A stretch of 63,667 nt of DNA, filler included, from Octopus bimaculoides (Eukaryota), in the NCBI RefSeq assembly GCF_001194135.2. It is 6 parts of 6 records of this genome, joined end to end, with 100 filler letters (N's around TTAATTAATTAA, not from the genome) between each part and the next. Parts side by side here need not be neighbours in the genome. Positions count along the whole stretch, not along the records: positions 1 to 15,824 come from NC_069004.1; positions 15,925 to 23,821 come from NC_068992.1; positions 23,922 to 49,869 come from NC_068988.1; 3 more parts are not named here. One strand, given 5' to 3'. Within the stretch, counting starts at the first letter, position 1; each line of letters starts with the position of its first letter. The notes under the pieces were generated by a model that searched no databases, had not been told where the DNA came from, and was given only the letters and a program-made list of their open reading frames with translations. This document shows positions 15,065 through 28,556 of the stretch, piece after piece. The position numbers were made by a program, and so were the translations under genes.

Positions 15065-15442
15065 TTATTATCCCTGCCTCAGTGAAGGCGGTGGTATTAT
15101 TTTCAGTCGTGTTTGCTTGTTGGTTTGTTTGACCGTGGACAAGATATCTCAAGAACCACTGGATGAATTCGGATGAAAGTTTCAGGGATGTTTGGCCTTG
15201 TGATTGGCACGAGCTAATTAGATTTTGGGATTGATCTAGTACAGGACAAGAATTCTGGATTAGATTATTTTTCCTGCTTTTTTTACTTAATTTTTGAGAT
15301 CGGTTGGGTTAACTTTTAGTATTCACTTTCGTGAGAGCAGTGGAGTTTATTTCAGACATTCTCATGTTAAAAATCTGGCTAATCGTTGAGAACATGCTGG
15401 TGCTGCCTTGGCAGAGGTTTGCGCGCCCTGAATGCTCTTGTT
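15065..15442 (+). mobile_element. Helentron-associated (HINE/DINE-1-like) non-autonomous element
   Basis: 5' stem-loop CTGCCT-CAGTGA-AGGCGG, (GTTT)-type microsatellite block, 3' CCTTGGCAGAGGTTTGCGC..TGAATGCTCTTG, TT at both flanks. Confidence 0.65.
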
Positions 15443-15467
15443 ATTATTTTTATTATTATCATTTTCA

Positions 15468-15824
15468 GGACAGCGAACTAGCAGAATTGTTACCATTCCA
15501 GGCAAAATGCTAAGCGGTATTTCGTTCGATTTTATGTTCTAAGCTCAAATTCCGCTGAGGTCGACTTTACCTTTCATCCTTTCGGGGTCGATAAAATAAA
15601 CAGCAGTTGAGAACTGGGGGTCGGTCTATTCAATTTATCCCCCCCCCCCACACACACACACACCCGAAATTGATGACCATGTACCAAAACTTAAAATTAA
15701 TATACACAACGAAGAATTTTTTTTTAAGAAAGCGGCGTGCTGGCAGAATCGTTAGCGGCATTTCGTCCGTCTTTATGTTCTGAGTTCAAATTCGGCCGGG
15801 GTAGACTTTACCTTTCATCCTTTC
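15468..15824 (+). mobile_element. Two further SINE monomers (15468-15700; 15731-15824, truncated by gap)
   Basis: TTCAAATTCCGC.GAGGTCGACTTT.CCTTTCATCCTTTCGGGGTCGATAA core. Confidence 0.8.
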
Positions 15825-15868
15825 NNNNNNNNNNNNNNNNNNNNNNNNNNNNNNNNNNNNNNNNNNNN

Positions 15869-15880
15869 TTAATTAATTAA
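15869..15880. other. Assembly gap spacer TTAATTAATTAA (also 23866, 49914, 55642, 61019)
   Basis: Identical palindromic 12-mer centred in N runs (44N+12+44N = 100 counted at this site); stop codons in all six frames. Confidence 0.9.
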
Positions 15881-15924
15881 NNNNNNNNNNNNNNNNNNNN
15901 NNNNNNNNNNNNNNNNNNNNNNNN

Positions 15925-15958
<34 letters not shown>

Positions 15959-16860
15959 AGTTGTTGCTTGTCTGTTTTCTCATTTGTCCGCCATTTGTGT
16001 TTTATCATCACATATCATGTGGCTCACTTAATGGACGTAGAGTTTCCGAAAATGTAATTTAAAAAAAAAAAACATTTAATTACCATTATAATTAATTGAA
16101 ATCTATAGAAAATGTGTGTATGTCTGTGTGTGTATGTGTGTGTGTGAGCAGATAGCAACATGTTTAAAATGAAAGACAGAGAGGAGGGAAAGAGAAAGCG
16201 AACGAGGAAAGAGAACTTGAGTGCGATATAGGCAGACAAACTCACAGGCAAGTCTTTCTGGCTGAAACTAATCCTTCTCTTTCTCTCTCTGTCTACCTTT
16301 CACTGTCTGTAGACATCTTGGCTTTGATCTGAAGAAAGTTGTGTGTATCACTAAATTAAGGATATGTAGAGGGAGAGAAGCATTATCGAATAAAGGGACA
16401 ATAACCGATCATAGTATTTCACTGGCGTTAATTTTACCGATGCGTGCGTGTGTGTGTGTGTGTGCGCACGTAGAGAATGTAGCATTAAATTGAAAGAACA
16501 CTTAAAACCGTTTCGTAGAGTACGACATTCATTTCGACCAAAAAAATGGTTAGCAGATATTTCAGGCTACCTAACGACGCTGAGCAAGAGGGAACTCGGA
16601 AGTCACCTCCCAACTCCTTATCCCTCTCGTTGTTTGGTTGTAAAATTTTATTTCCAAATACACACACACACACGTACATATATGCATATATACATACATA
16701 CATACATACATACATACATACATACATACATACATACATACATACGCGCGCACAAACACACACATACATGCGGATACACATGTTTCGATATAGACACATG
16801 TGCATACACAAGTACATACTTGCACATGTAAGCATGTATATATACACACATACCTGTCTG

Positions 16861-16917
<57 letters not shown>

Positions 16918-16990
16918 GTATTTGTCCCCTCTGTGTGCAGCTCTGTGTGGCTAATAAAAGAAAGTTATCTATCTATCTATCTATCCATCT

Positions 16991-17034
<44 letters not shown>

Positions 17035-17064
17035 GCATAAATATAGATGTAAATAGATAGAGAG

Positions 17065-17482
17065 CAGCGCGCGATTAAATATTAAGCAAAATAAACACTT
17101 GCTTAGGGCATCAAGGGAAGGCGGGGGGGGGGTGCATCACAGTTAATGGTAAATGCTTTACGGCACAAAAAAAAAATTAAAACTTGCTAAAATAATATNN
17201 NNNNNNNNNNNNNNNNNNNNNNNNNNNNNNNNNNNNNNNNNNNNNNNNNNNNNNNNNNNNNNNNNNNNNNNNNNNNNNNNNNNNNNNNNNNNNNNNNNNN
17301 NNNNNNNNNNNNNNNNNNNNNNNNNNNNNNNNNNNNNNNNNNNNNNNNNNNNNNNNNNNNNNNNNNNNNNNNNNNNNNNNNNNNNNNNNNNNNNNNNNNN
17401 NNTATATATATATATATATATATATATGGGTCCAACAAAAGCATTTAAGTGCATAGGGCCTCAATGGACCTTAATCCAGCTG
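17065..17482. mobile_element. hAT-type non-autonomous element, opposite orientation to 59916-60340
   Basis: Both ends match the 59.9-60.3 kb ends (GCAAAATAA.CAC.TGCTT.GG.ATCAA.GGAAGG; GGATTAAGG.CC...GAGGCCCTA.GCAC). Confidence 0.7.
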
Positions 17483-17759
17483 TTAGAAACACAGACAGAC
17501 TGACAAGCAGAGAGGCAGATTCCTTATTTCGAAAAGTATGTTCATTAAATTACCTCCCCTCTGTAAAATCCCGCCCCGGCTAATTTACTTCCTATTAAAC
17601 TAGCCCACTTTGTTAATGGCGGCGAATAAGATGGCGCTTGGAAATTGGAAATTCATAGAAATTATGAGTTAATTCGTCTTTCTGTAAATATTGCTATGAT
17701 TTTTTTGTTTGTTTGTTTGTAATATTCTATTGACGATTATCATGGGCCACGACTAGAAT

Positions 17760-19140
<1,381 letters not shown>

Positions 19141-19145
19141 AAAAG

Positions 19146-19359
19146 ATGGTGAGCTGGCAGAAACGTTAGCGCGCCGGGCGAAATGCTCTGCAGTATTTTG
19201 TCTGGCGTTATGTTCTAAGTTCAAATTCCGCCGAGGTCGACTTTGCCTTTCATCTTTTCAGGGTCGATAAATTAAGTACCAGTTGCGTACTAGGGTCGAT
19301 CTAATCGACTTATCCCTTCTCCAAAAATTTCGGGTCTTGTACCTAGAGTAGAAAAGAAT
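19146..19359 (+). mobile_element. Full SINE monomer
   Basis: GAGCTGGCAGAAACGTTAGC..GAGGTCGACTTTGCC..CCTAGAGTAGAAAAGAAT. Confidence 0.85.
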
Positions 19360-19444
19360 ATCAACAACAACAAAAACAACAATTACAGGAAGAACATTAA
19401 TAATCATAACAACAACAACAACGAACAATAATAATAATGTCTTA

Positions 19445-19612
19445 CTATAGGCACAAGGCCTGAAATTTAGTGGAGAGGGTGACTAGTCGATTACATTGAC
19501 TCCGAAAGGAGGAAAGGCAAAATCGACCTCGGCGGAATGTGATCTCAGAACGTAAGGACGGACGAAAAGCCGCTAAACGTTTTATCCGGCATGCTGACGA
19601 CCCCGCCAGCTC
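19445..19612 (-). mobile_element. SINE monomer, inverted relative to 19146-19359
   Basis: AAAGGCAAAATCGACCTCGGCGGAA..CCGCCAGCTCG. Confidence 0.8.
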
Positions 19613-20009
19613 GTAGCTTTAACAACAACAATTATAATAATGAAAATGATGACGACGATCACGACAGCGATGACGATGACAGCAACAAGAAGAACAGTTG
19701 AAGTATTATCCGCTCCGACGACGACGACGACGACGACAACGAAGAAGAAGAAGAAGAAGAAGAAGAAGAAGAAGAAGAAGAAGAAGAAGAAGAAGAAGAA
19801 GAACTTCTTTTTCCGTCTTTTTTTTTTTTTGTTAACAAGTTAATAATGAAAAAGGGTTTATGAAATTTGTTGCACTGTAAAAATCAATAAATCGATATTT
19901 GAAGACTACAGTGACAGCAAGATGTATTTGTGGATTGTGTGTATCGATAGACAGAATGGAATTCGATAGTGATTCTTCCTTCCTCATTAGGTATGATGAG
20001 TAAAGTGAC

Positions 20010-20063
<54 letters not shown>

Positions 20064-20454
20064 GATAATAATAATTAGATCTGTCAAACATGGCGTAAAG
20101 AACGAGGAAACAACTGTACGGATTTGAAGCAAAAGATGGCGCTATTTAAATGTTTCTCCATCAGGACAAGACTATTCTCAGGTGGATTTCCTTGCCACCT
20201 TGTTTTGAATGTTTAGCTAGCTGCAGGTCGGCCCCGGTCGTGTAGACCAATGATCAAAATCGTTTTAAGCTGCTGTGGTTAGTTGAGCGATGATAAAGAC
20301 TAGTGAGGGAAAAATGTCTGCGAAAAAATAAAAATTTAATTAAAAGAGATCGAAAATTAAAATTTTTAGATTTTAAATTTTGAATATCCTACAGAAGAGC
20401 ATTCGTTAGAAATGCTAGAAGTGTGTGCAGAGACTAAATACAGCACTTAGGATA

Positions 20455-20625
20455 ATGAAGCCATGTGGTTAGGCTGTTGCAGACACGATCGCAGGGATGT
20501 GGTTTCGATTCCCGGGTCGGGCAGTTTGTGTTCTTGAGCAAAACACTTCATTTCACGTTTCTCCAATCTTATCAGCTGTAGATGAGTAACCTTTAGACGG
20601 ACTAGCGTCCCGTTCTTAGAGTAAT
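20455..20625 (+). mobile_element. tRNA/CORE-type SINE, degenerate
   Basis: GGTTTCGATTCCCGG B box; TTCTTGAGCAAAACACTTCATTTCACG CORE-like block. Confidence 0.7.
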
Positions 20626-20647
20626 GTTGTGATTTGGGTCGCTTGTG

Positions 20648-20815
20648 TGGAGGCGCAATGGCCCAGTGCTTAGGGCAGCGGACTCGCGGTCGGAGGGTCG
20701 CGGTTTCGATTCCCAGACCGGGCGTTGTATGTGTTTATTGAGCGAAAGCACCTAAAGCTCCACAGGGGGTGGTGGCGACTCCTATTGTACTCTTTCGCCC
20801 CAATTTTCACTCAAT
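20648..20815 (+). mobile_element. tRNA-derived SINE head and body
   Basis: GGCGCAATGGCCCAGTGCTTAGGGC A box; GGTTTCGATTCCC B box; body matches 5770-5853. Confidence 0.85.
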
Positions 20816-21029
20816 AAACATAAATTAGCTGCATCTTGTCAGACATCTGACTATCCCGGAACAATGTGCGCTACCAGTTTATGTATAACAATGTTTATAG
20901 TGTGTTAGTTAGGTGCTGGTTTGTATTGATGGTTGTTGTAGTAGGGATTTTTGGTAATATTTGTGATGGCCACTATGAAAGAACTTTCATGCCGAAACTT
21001 CAGTCTGGTGAACCGAAGATTCTCATATA

Positions 21030-21059
<30 letters not shown>

Positions 21060-21061
<2 letters not shown>

Positions 21062-21271
21062 CTCTTTTACTCTTTACTCTTTTACTTGTTTCAGTCATTT
21101 GAGTGGCCATGCTGGAACACCACCTTTAGTCGATCAAATCGACCCCAGGACTCTTTGGAAGTCTACTACTTATTCTATCGGTCTCTTTTGTCGAACCGCT
21201 AGGTTACGGAGACGTAAACACACCAGCATCGGTTGTCAAGCGATGTTGGTGGGGACAAAAACAGACACGTA
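21060..21271 (-). mobile_element. 3' half of the microsatellite-containing SINE
   Basis: Reverse complement of ..GGGGTCGATTTG.TCGACTAAAGG.GGTG.TCCAGCATGGCC..(AGTAAAAG)n. Confidence 0.85.
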
Positions 21272-22265
21272 NNNNNNNNNNNNNNNNNNNNNNNNNNNNN
21301 NNNNNNNNNNNNNNNNNNNNNNNNNNNNNNNNNNNNNNNNNNNNNNNNNNNNNNNNNNNNNNNNNNNNNNNNNNNNNNNNNNNNNNNNNNNNNNNNNNNN
21401 NNNNNNNNNNNNNNNNNNNNNNNNNNNNNNNNNNNNNNNNNNNNNNNNNNNNNNNNNNNNNNNNNNNNNNNNNNNNNNNNNNNNNNNNNNNNNNNNNNNN
21501 NNNNNNNNNNNNNNNNNNNNNNNNNNNNNNNNNNNNNNNNNNNNNNNNNNNNNNNNNNNNNNNNNNNNNNNNNNNNNNNNNNNNNNNNNNNNNNNNNNNN
21601 NNNNNNNNNNNNNNNNNNNNNNNNNNNNNNNNNNNNNNNNNNNNNNNNNNNNNNNNNNNNNNNNNNNNNNNNNNNNNNNNNNNNNNNNNNNNNNNNNNNN
21701 NNNNNNNNNNNNNNNNNNNNNNNNNNNNNNNNNNNNNNNNNNNNNNNNNNNNNNNNNNNNNNNNNNNNNNNNNNNNNNNNNNNNNNNNNNNNNNNNNNNN
21801 NNNNNNNNNNNNNNNNNNNNNNNNNNNNNNNNNNNNNNNNNNNNNNNNNNNNNNNNNNNNNNNNNNNNNNNNNNNNNNNNNNNNNNNNNNNNNNNNNNNN
21901 NNNNNNNNNNNNNNNNNNNNNNNNNNNNNNNNNNNNNNNNNNNNNNNNNNNNNNNNNNNNNNNNNNNNNNNNNNNNNNNNNNNNNNNNNNNNNNNNNNNN
22001 NNNNNNNNNNNNNNNNNNNNNNNNNNNNNNNNNNNNNNNNNNNNNNNNNNNNNNNNNNNNNNNNNNNNNNNNNNNNNNNNNNNNNNNNNNNNNNNNNNNN
22101 NNNNNNNNNNNNNNNNNNNNNNNNNNNNNNNNNNNNNNNNNNNNNNNNNNNNNNNNNNNNNCAGGAATTTTTACTACCGAAACTTTGGCGAAGTTTTTGA
22201 GTAGATACATAACATTTCTACCCTATAACGATACTGTTTATGTTTTTCTGAGAAATATTATATCT

Positions 22266-22589
22266 TACACCTAGAAAGTGACTTGCACCTAGAAAGTGAC
22301 TCGCCGAGGTACAAGTCCGGGAAAGGTTGTTTTATAGAAGACCAGCAGTCGCCCATGCATACCAGCCTCCCCTCACCACGCCACCGATGTTATCCAAGGG
22401 AAAGGCAAAGGGGCCGATACAGCTTGGCACCAGTGACGTCGCAACTCATTTCTACAGCTGAGTGAACTAGACAAACGTGAAATAAAGTGTCTTGCGCAAG
22501 AACACAAAACGCAGCCCTGTCCGGGATTCGAACCCCCAACCTCACGGTTGTAAGTTTGACGCTCTAACCATTGAGCCATGCGCCTTCAC
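22266..22589 (-). mobile_element. Near full-length tRNA/CORE-type SINE
   Basis: Minus strand GTGAAGGCGCATGGCTCAATGGTTAGAGC..GGTTCGAATCCCGG..TTGCGCAAGACACTTTATTTCAC; short terminal tandem repeat ACCTAGAAAGTGACT. Confidence 0.85.
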
Positions 22590-22678
22590 TCGTCACGGAG
22601 TAAGTACATCAATACATTCTTAAATACACACATGCATAAATGAATGTATTTTGTGTGTATATATATATATGAATAGAA

Positions 22679-22709
<31 letters not shown>

Positions 22710-22865
22710 TAGATAAGATATAGAGTCAAATAAAGGAAGAAAAACATGCAATCAGAAAATGAAGAGAAAAAAGGCAGGAGATAGGGAGCCACAAGTGTGA
22801 GGGAAGAGAGAAGGAGCGGTAAGACGTTAGGAAAAGATGAAAGAATAAAGAGGAGGAGGACAAGA

Positions 22866-22938
22866 AGAGAAGAAGTAGAAGAAGAAGAAGAAGAAGAAGA
22901 AGAAGAAGAAGAAGAAGAAGAAGAAGAAGAAGAAGAAG

Positions 22939-22978
<40 letters not shown>

Positions 22979-22980
22979 GC

Positions 22981-23021
<41 letters not shown>

Positions 23022-23125
23022 GAACAAGAACAAGAAGAACAAGAAGAACAAGAAGAAAAACAAGAAGAAGTAGAACAAGAACAAGAAGAAGAAGAAGAGC
23101 AACAACAACAACAACAATAACAGCA
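22866..23125. repeat. Compound (GAA)n(CAA)n microsatellite
   Basis: Direct reading; source of the polyE/polyQ ORF. Confidence 0.95.
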
Positions 23126-23921
23126 ACAAGTAGTGGGGTGGGGAAAAGAACTGGAAAACTAGAAGAAGGAAACAAAAGAGAGAAATATATTGTGCAAGAA
23201 TGAGGAATTTGAGGAGAGGCAGAGAGTCTGAAAGCTTTAAGTAGAAATGGTGAGGAAAGGAAAATTGAAAGAGTGAAGATAAATGAGAAAGAAGAGCGTT
23301 GGAAGAGAGTAAGGAGATAGGAAAGAAAGATGGAGAGAGAGAGAGAGAGAGACAGACAGGGAGAGAGAGAGAGAAAGAGTTTTAATTAGAAAGACAATAG
23401 TTAAAAAGATTGAAGTGAGTGAAGTAGAGATATAGAAAGAGGGAGGGAGAAGGAGAGAGGGAGAGAGAGAGAGGGGAGGCGTTAAAGTTAGAAAGCTAGA
23501 AGGTAAGACAAGGAATGAATAATGAGACAAAATGTTACATAAACAAAGACAATTGAATAAGGTGAATGAGCAGGGTGTGGGATCGAACGCACACACACAC
23601 ACACATACACACGCACGCATGCAAACGTGTATACATACATACTTACATATGTATATATATATATAATATATATATATGTGTGTATATATATATATATGTG
23701 TATATGTATATATATATATACACATATTCACACACACACATGTAGCTATATTGTTATGTATGTGTGTATATATACGTATGTATATGTGCATGAAGATATA
23801 TGTATATATATATATATATATNNNNNNNNNNNNNNNNNNNNNNNNNNNNNNNNNNNNNNNNNNNNTTAATTAATTAANNNNNNNNNNNNNNNNNNNNNNN
23901 NNNNNNNNNNNNNNNNNNNNN

Positions 23922-23964
<43 letters not shown>

Positions 23965-25204
23965 GATATAGTGAACGGCTATCCAACAAATATGTGCGCC
24001 TATACATACATACATATATATATTTCCAACAACTGTAGGTAGGTCCAAATTGCACTCTACCAAATGTTTTGTGCTTCTGTGTTTCATAGTGAGTATGGGA
24101 ATTCTTACTAACTCTGGTGCGGTAATAATCTCACATGTCTTTAGATTGATTAAGTCTTGATGCATCACAGGATTGAAATTTCTGTAACCATTCTTACTAA
24201 GAGTCATAATACTTGACTACAAATTGTAATTTGTCTTTAATGCATTTTATCTGGTTAGTAGAAGCTTCTAAGTGCGTCGCTTATGAGGAAAAGTTCCTTT
24301 TCAAAGTTGCTATTGTAATAAATGATCCCTAGAAAATAGTTTTCTAGGGAAAATAGTGTTCCTAGAAAATAGTGTCCCTTGAAGGAAAACAGTTTAAATG
24401 AACTGTAGACCTGTACTATTTCATGATGTTGAAAACATAGAAATGTTTCTTCTTTTTTTAAGTATGTTTCAAAATATGTTGTACATTCTTTATGAGGAAT
24501 AGCAGCTTGAAATTTAATATCAGTATGAAAATTATTTTCTCCGTGAATCATGTTTCAGAATGGGCAAAAGAAAAAAAAATCATGTCTTAATCTAGCTTTA
24601 CACATTCAAATTGCACGTTTTATGAACAGTATTTTATTCATAGATTAAAATAAATTTCACCTGCACTTCCATTTAAAGAAACTTAAAACTGCTTCTTGAT
24701 ATTTAATTTTTTTTTTTTTTTTGGTCGATAATGTATCATAAAGAACAATTGATAAAAGCAAAAATGTCTTCAATTTCCTTAACCTGAAATTTTGATTTCT
24801 TCTGTTTTATTTGAGATGTTAGTCCATAAGGATAAAAATCTGAACATTTCAGAGTTTCCTTTATATTTATGAGGTCCTTTTGCATCTTTGCTCATCATGT
24901 TTGCATACACCAACCTGCGAATGATATTAAGAAAGTGTAGAAGATGTATTGTAGCTTTGGAGCAAATAACCAGTGTAAATTGCAAAACACATTGTACTTT
25001 ATTACACTGAATTTACGAATACATGTTTGACATATCATTATCTATACGTATACTTCACAAACACACACATGCGCACAGACACGCAGAGATACATATACTC
25101 ACACACACGAACAGGCGCACACGCACATACACACACATGCACACACATATATGTATGTATGTGTATGACATGTACATGGATATATGTGTATATGATGAAA
25201 CTTG

Positions 25205-25318
<114 letters not shown>

Positions 25319-26604
25319 ATTTGTATGTCTGAGTGTCTTTGTGTGTGTGTGTGCGTGTGTAAGAGTGTGTGGTATATTTCTGTATTCAGTACTCTTGGTT
25401 TCAATCTGCAGAATCTATTTTATTATTAGGTCTTACTCTAAACATTGACGGACTTATACATACCACTATTTATTAAGGTATTAAATAGGTATGCGTATAT
25501 TTTAACTCTTCACTGTTAGTCAGTTATTAACATTTCGTACTTTGATTGGAGGATTACTGAATCATCTATCCTCCAGTACATTGTTAAATCTATTTCGTAA
25601 CTACTTCTGTTTAGAAGGAGCATCTGCTTTAAACTGAGAAACTATTTCAAAATTTCTGGCCGTTGGATTTTGTTTAAATTGAAGACAATTATGTTCGAGG
25701 GGGTCCCTGTTAAAAAGCGTTTTTCATGACAATCTCATTTTCTATCATTTAGCATATCGAAAACCATACTCTTCTTTGCCAGTCTCCTTTTAGAAGATGA
25801 CATGGTACGATCTGCGGTAAATGTGGGTGATATTTCTAGCAATTCATTGACTACTCAAAGGAAGCTTTGTTTTCTTGAATTCCCGATTTCTTTTATATTT
25901 TCGCTTGTGTATTAACAAGTTTGGTCGTGTATTTTGGAAAGGAATGGACTCAACTTTGAATGCAATATAATATAGTGTGATCTGAAAGCAACTTGCCTTA
26001 TGGTCAAGAAGATCAATGTGAATGCAGAGGATCTGTCGTTGGTTCAGTTTACCAAATTTTGTTATCCTTTGATCGTGTGTCGAACAATTTTGTTGGTATA
26101 TTCTGGAAGGCTATAAGGTGTTCGCTCTGTCATTTAATCTAGTTAATTATATTGCTCAAAGGCACATTGATAGTGCCCAACATGTATTATTCTATCACAG
26201 TATTTGTTGTGCGAAATCTTAATACCCTTCAATAAACTTAAATGTCATTTGCTGTTAACAACTGACATTTCAATTAACTTAACCTTAGCATCTCACTGCT
26301 ATATTTTTTATGGTATCGGAGCTTCGAACCGCCTCCTACAACTGAGTACCGTTTGACATTCATTATTCGTATAAGATTAGCCCTTAGGCCTTTCTGTTAG
26401 AACAGGGCTGTAGTAAAGCCATATTTTTTTTTTATTATTGTAACTTATTGAACTCTGAATCATGAAATTATAGACTGCGAATGGTAGAAGTTGAATTCAA
26501 AATCGAGCGAAAGAAAACTAAATTTCGTAAGATATCTAATCTCGAAATCTACCCTTTCAGTCGTTCTTTATTTCTTTTTAGTTTTATTTTTTCGTAGCTG
26601 AAAG

Positions 26605-26640
<36 letters not shown>

Positions 26641-27429
26641 TTTAAAAATGGCTGCTGAATAATGAACATTGTGTTCAGAATACACATCTTTGCATATATC
26701 CGTTCACATAAATCGATACATTTAGTTGCTCTCAGTGGAGTAATTTACATGACCGTACTGTATTGCCGTAGTAGCTAAACATTTGATATTTCTATTTACA
26801 TTAATATAGTCTTTCTTAAGAAAAGCTTTAGCAATGTTCATTATTACTTTGTAACTACTTATTATTCTAGTGTCGTAGCAAAATGTATCCCTTTCAGTAT
26901 AAAATATCAATTTTCTTTCATTCTTGAGTTACCAATAAAGCGCTAAGTGCAAGTAGAAATGTAGCCAAGAGTATGTGGGAAAATATCGGTGAAAAGATAC
27001 TGTAGAACAGTTTTACTTACTATAGTTGTACATTCTTATTTCATCTTGACTTCTTCGTTTGTTGCTATTATAGAAACTGTGAGTGTCACATCTGCCAACT
27101 TTCCATTCTTACTCAGTCGACAAATATTTAATTGCCCGCAAAATGCAGTCAATAGATATTTAAATTTCATAAAGTGGCTTGCATTTTGTTCGTAAAAAAA
27201 ATTAGATTGAAACCTCTATTGCTTGAATTTGATATGAACAAAGAGGAATAATTAATGGTATGCTTAAATAAAACATTCGAAATCATTCTAAACATGACCA
27301 CTAATGAATATATAAAGCTTCATAACGCATTATTGACGCACAAGGACAAATGAGCTCAGTAAAATACAGTCACACACACAAAATTCATTCACTCTCACAC
27401 ATTACCACACACTCGGTAGATGTGTCTAA

Positions 27430-27529
27430 ATTGTTGTTGTTTTTGTTGTTGTTGTTGTTGTTGTTGTTCTTCTTCTTCTTCTTCTTCTTCTTCTTCTTCT
27501 TCTTCTTCTTCTTCTTCTTCTTCTTCTTC

Positions 27530-27604
<75 letters not shown>
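27430..27604. repeat. Compound (TTG)n(TTC)n(TTA)n microsatellite
   Basis: Direct reading. Confidence 0.95.
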
Positions 27605-27605
<1 letters not shown>

Positions 27606-27879
27606 AGAAGTCTCACAGTATACAATATCGCGAGCTTGTTGATTCAAGATATTGTCTACCGGGAGTTTGTACTGTTTGTCAAGACACAACAAGGACCTCA
27701 GACAGGCAGTACGTTACGCAATATGCGTGCAGTTTCAAGTAATGCCGACTTTTGCAATGCACCTAGATTGTAGGGTATCCTAAAGTTTTCAGATGGTTTT
27801 TTTTTTCAGAACGAGTGGTATTGAAGCCAATGCTCTCTTATTAGTCAAAGGTCATATTTTTATCCCGAGCTTTCACTGC

Positions 27880-28110
27880 ACTACCTAGCTCAGCTCTGTG
27901 CCCCTTGGGTATTTGCTGTGCTTTGTTGTGATACTCTTATTTTCACTTTATTAAAAGTGTTTTAGGTAGGATGTGCGTGGTGCCTAGTAGTGCTATTTTC
28001 TGTATGTTGTATATACATATTAATCCTGGTGTTTTTGTCATGCATTTGTATATGTTTTGTTTCTGTTTTTAGACTCCACGTTCGAGTTACTTATATTTAT
28101 CCTTATCATC
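27880..28110 (-). pseudogene. R4/Dong-type element C-terminus and 3'UTR
   Basis: Minus strand ..TKTPGLICIYNIQKIALLGTTHIL resembles the IQK..LLGTA.ILR end of RLE elements. Confidence 0.7.
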
Positions 28111-28509
28111 ATCAATAATATTAATACGTCAATTTATTCTTTGTCAGTACCTGGCGCGTATGTCACACTTAAGAGAAAGAAATTTTGTTGCTTAAATAAC
28201 ATTTTTAACTAGATATTTTGCAATTTCTAGAAGAGATTTGAAACTACCTATATGTTGTATTACTAATTCTCAACACCCATGTCTACTAATCCACCGAAGC
28301 AGCAACGTCCTTAATGGGAAAATTAAGATACTTAAATTTGACGCGTGTGCCGAGCAAGGGAGAGTGGAAGTGAGAAAGAAAGCGAGAGTAATAGGTAGTG
28401 GCTGAATTACTTTCAATTCCTTTCTACGATTGAACTGATGTTGATTCCTGACTATTAAAGGCTCAACCACATACACGTACGGACGCACACAGACACAGAC
28501 ACACAGACA

Positions 28510-28556
<47 letters not shown>

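Noticed and set aside
15869-15880. Recurrent TTAATTAATTAA as a biological motif
   Set aside because: Always centred in N runs; assembly spacer.
20648-20720. tRNA genes at SINE heads (also 22520-22589, 45713-45790, 50570-50651)
   Set aside because: A and B boxes present, but the acceptor and anticodon stems do not close and each runs into a SINE body.
22797-23120. PolyE/polyQ ORF
   Set aside because: Pure (GAA)n(CAA)n array with no flanking domain or splice support.
24779-24922. Minus-strand exon or ORF (LVYANMMSKDAKGPHKY..) with a good acceptor
   Set aside because: No recognisable homology and no partner exon in a compatible phase; unsupported.
25690-26300. Possible very old LINE endonuclease remnant (minus-strand LLSDH)
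   Set aside because: Only one short motif amid many stops; insufficient to call.
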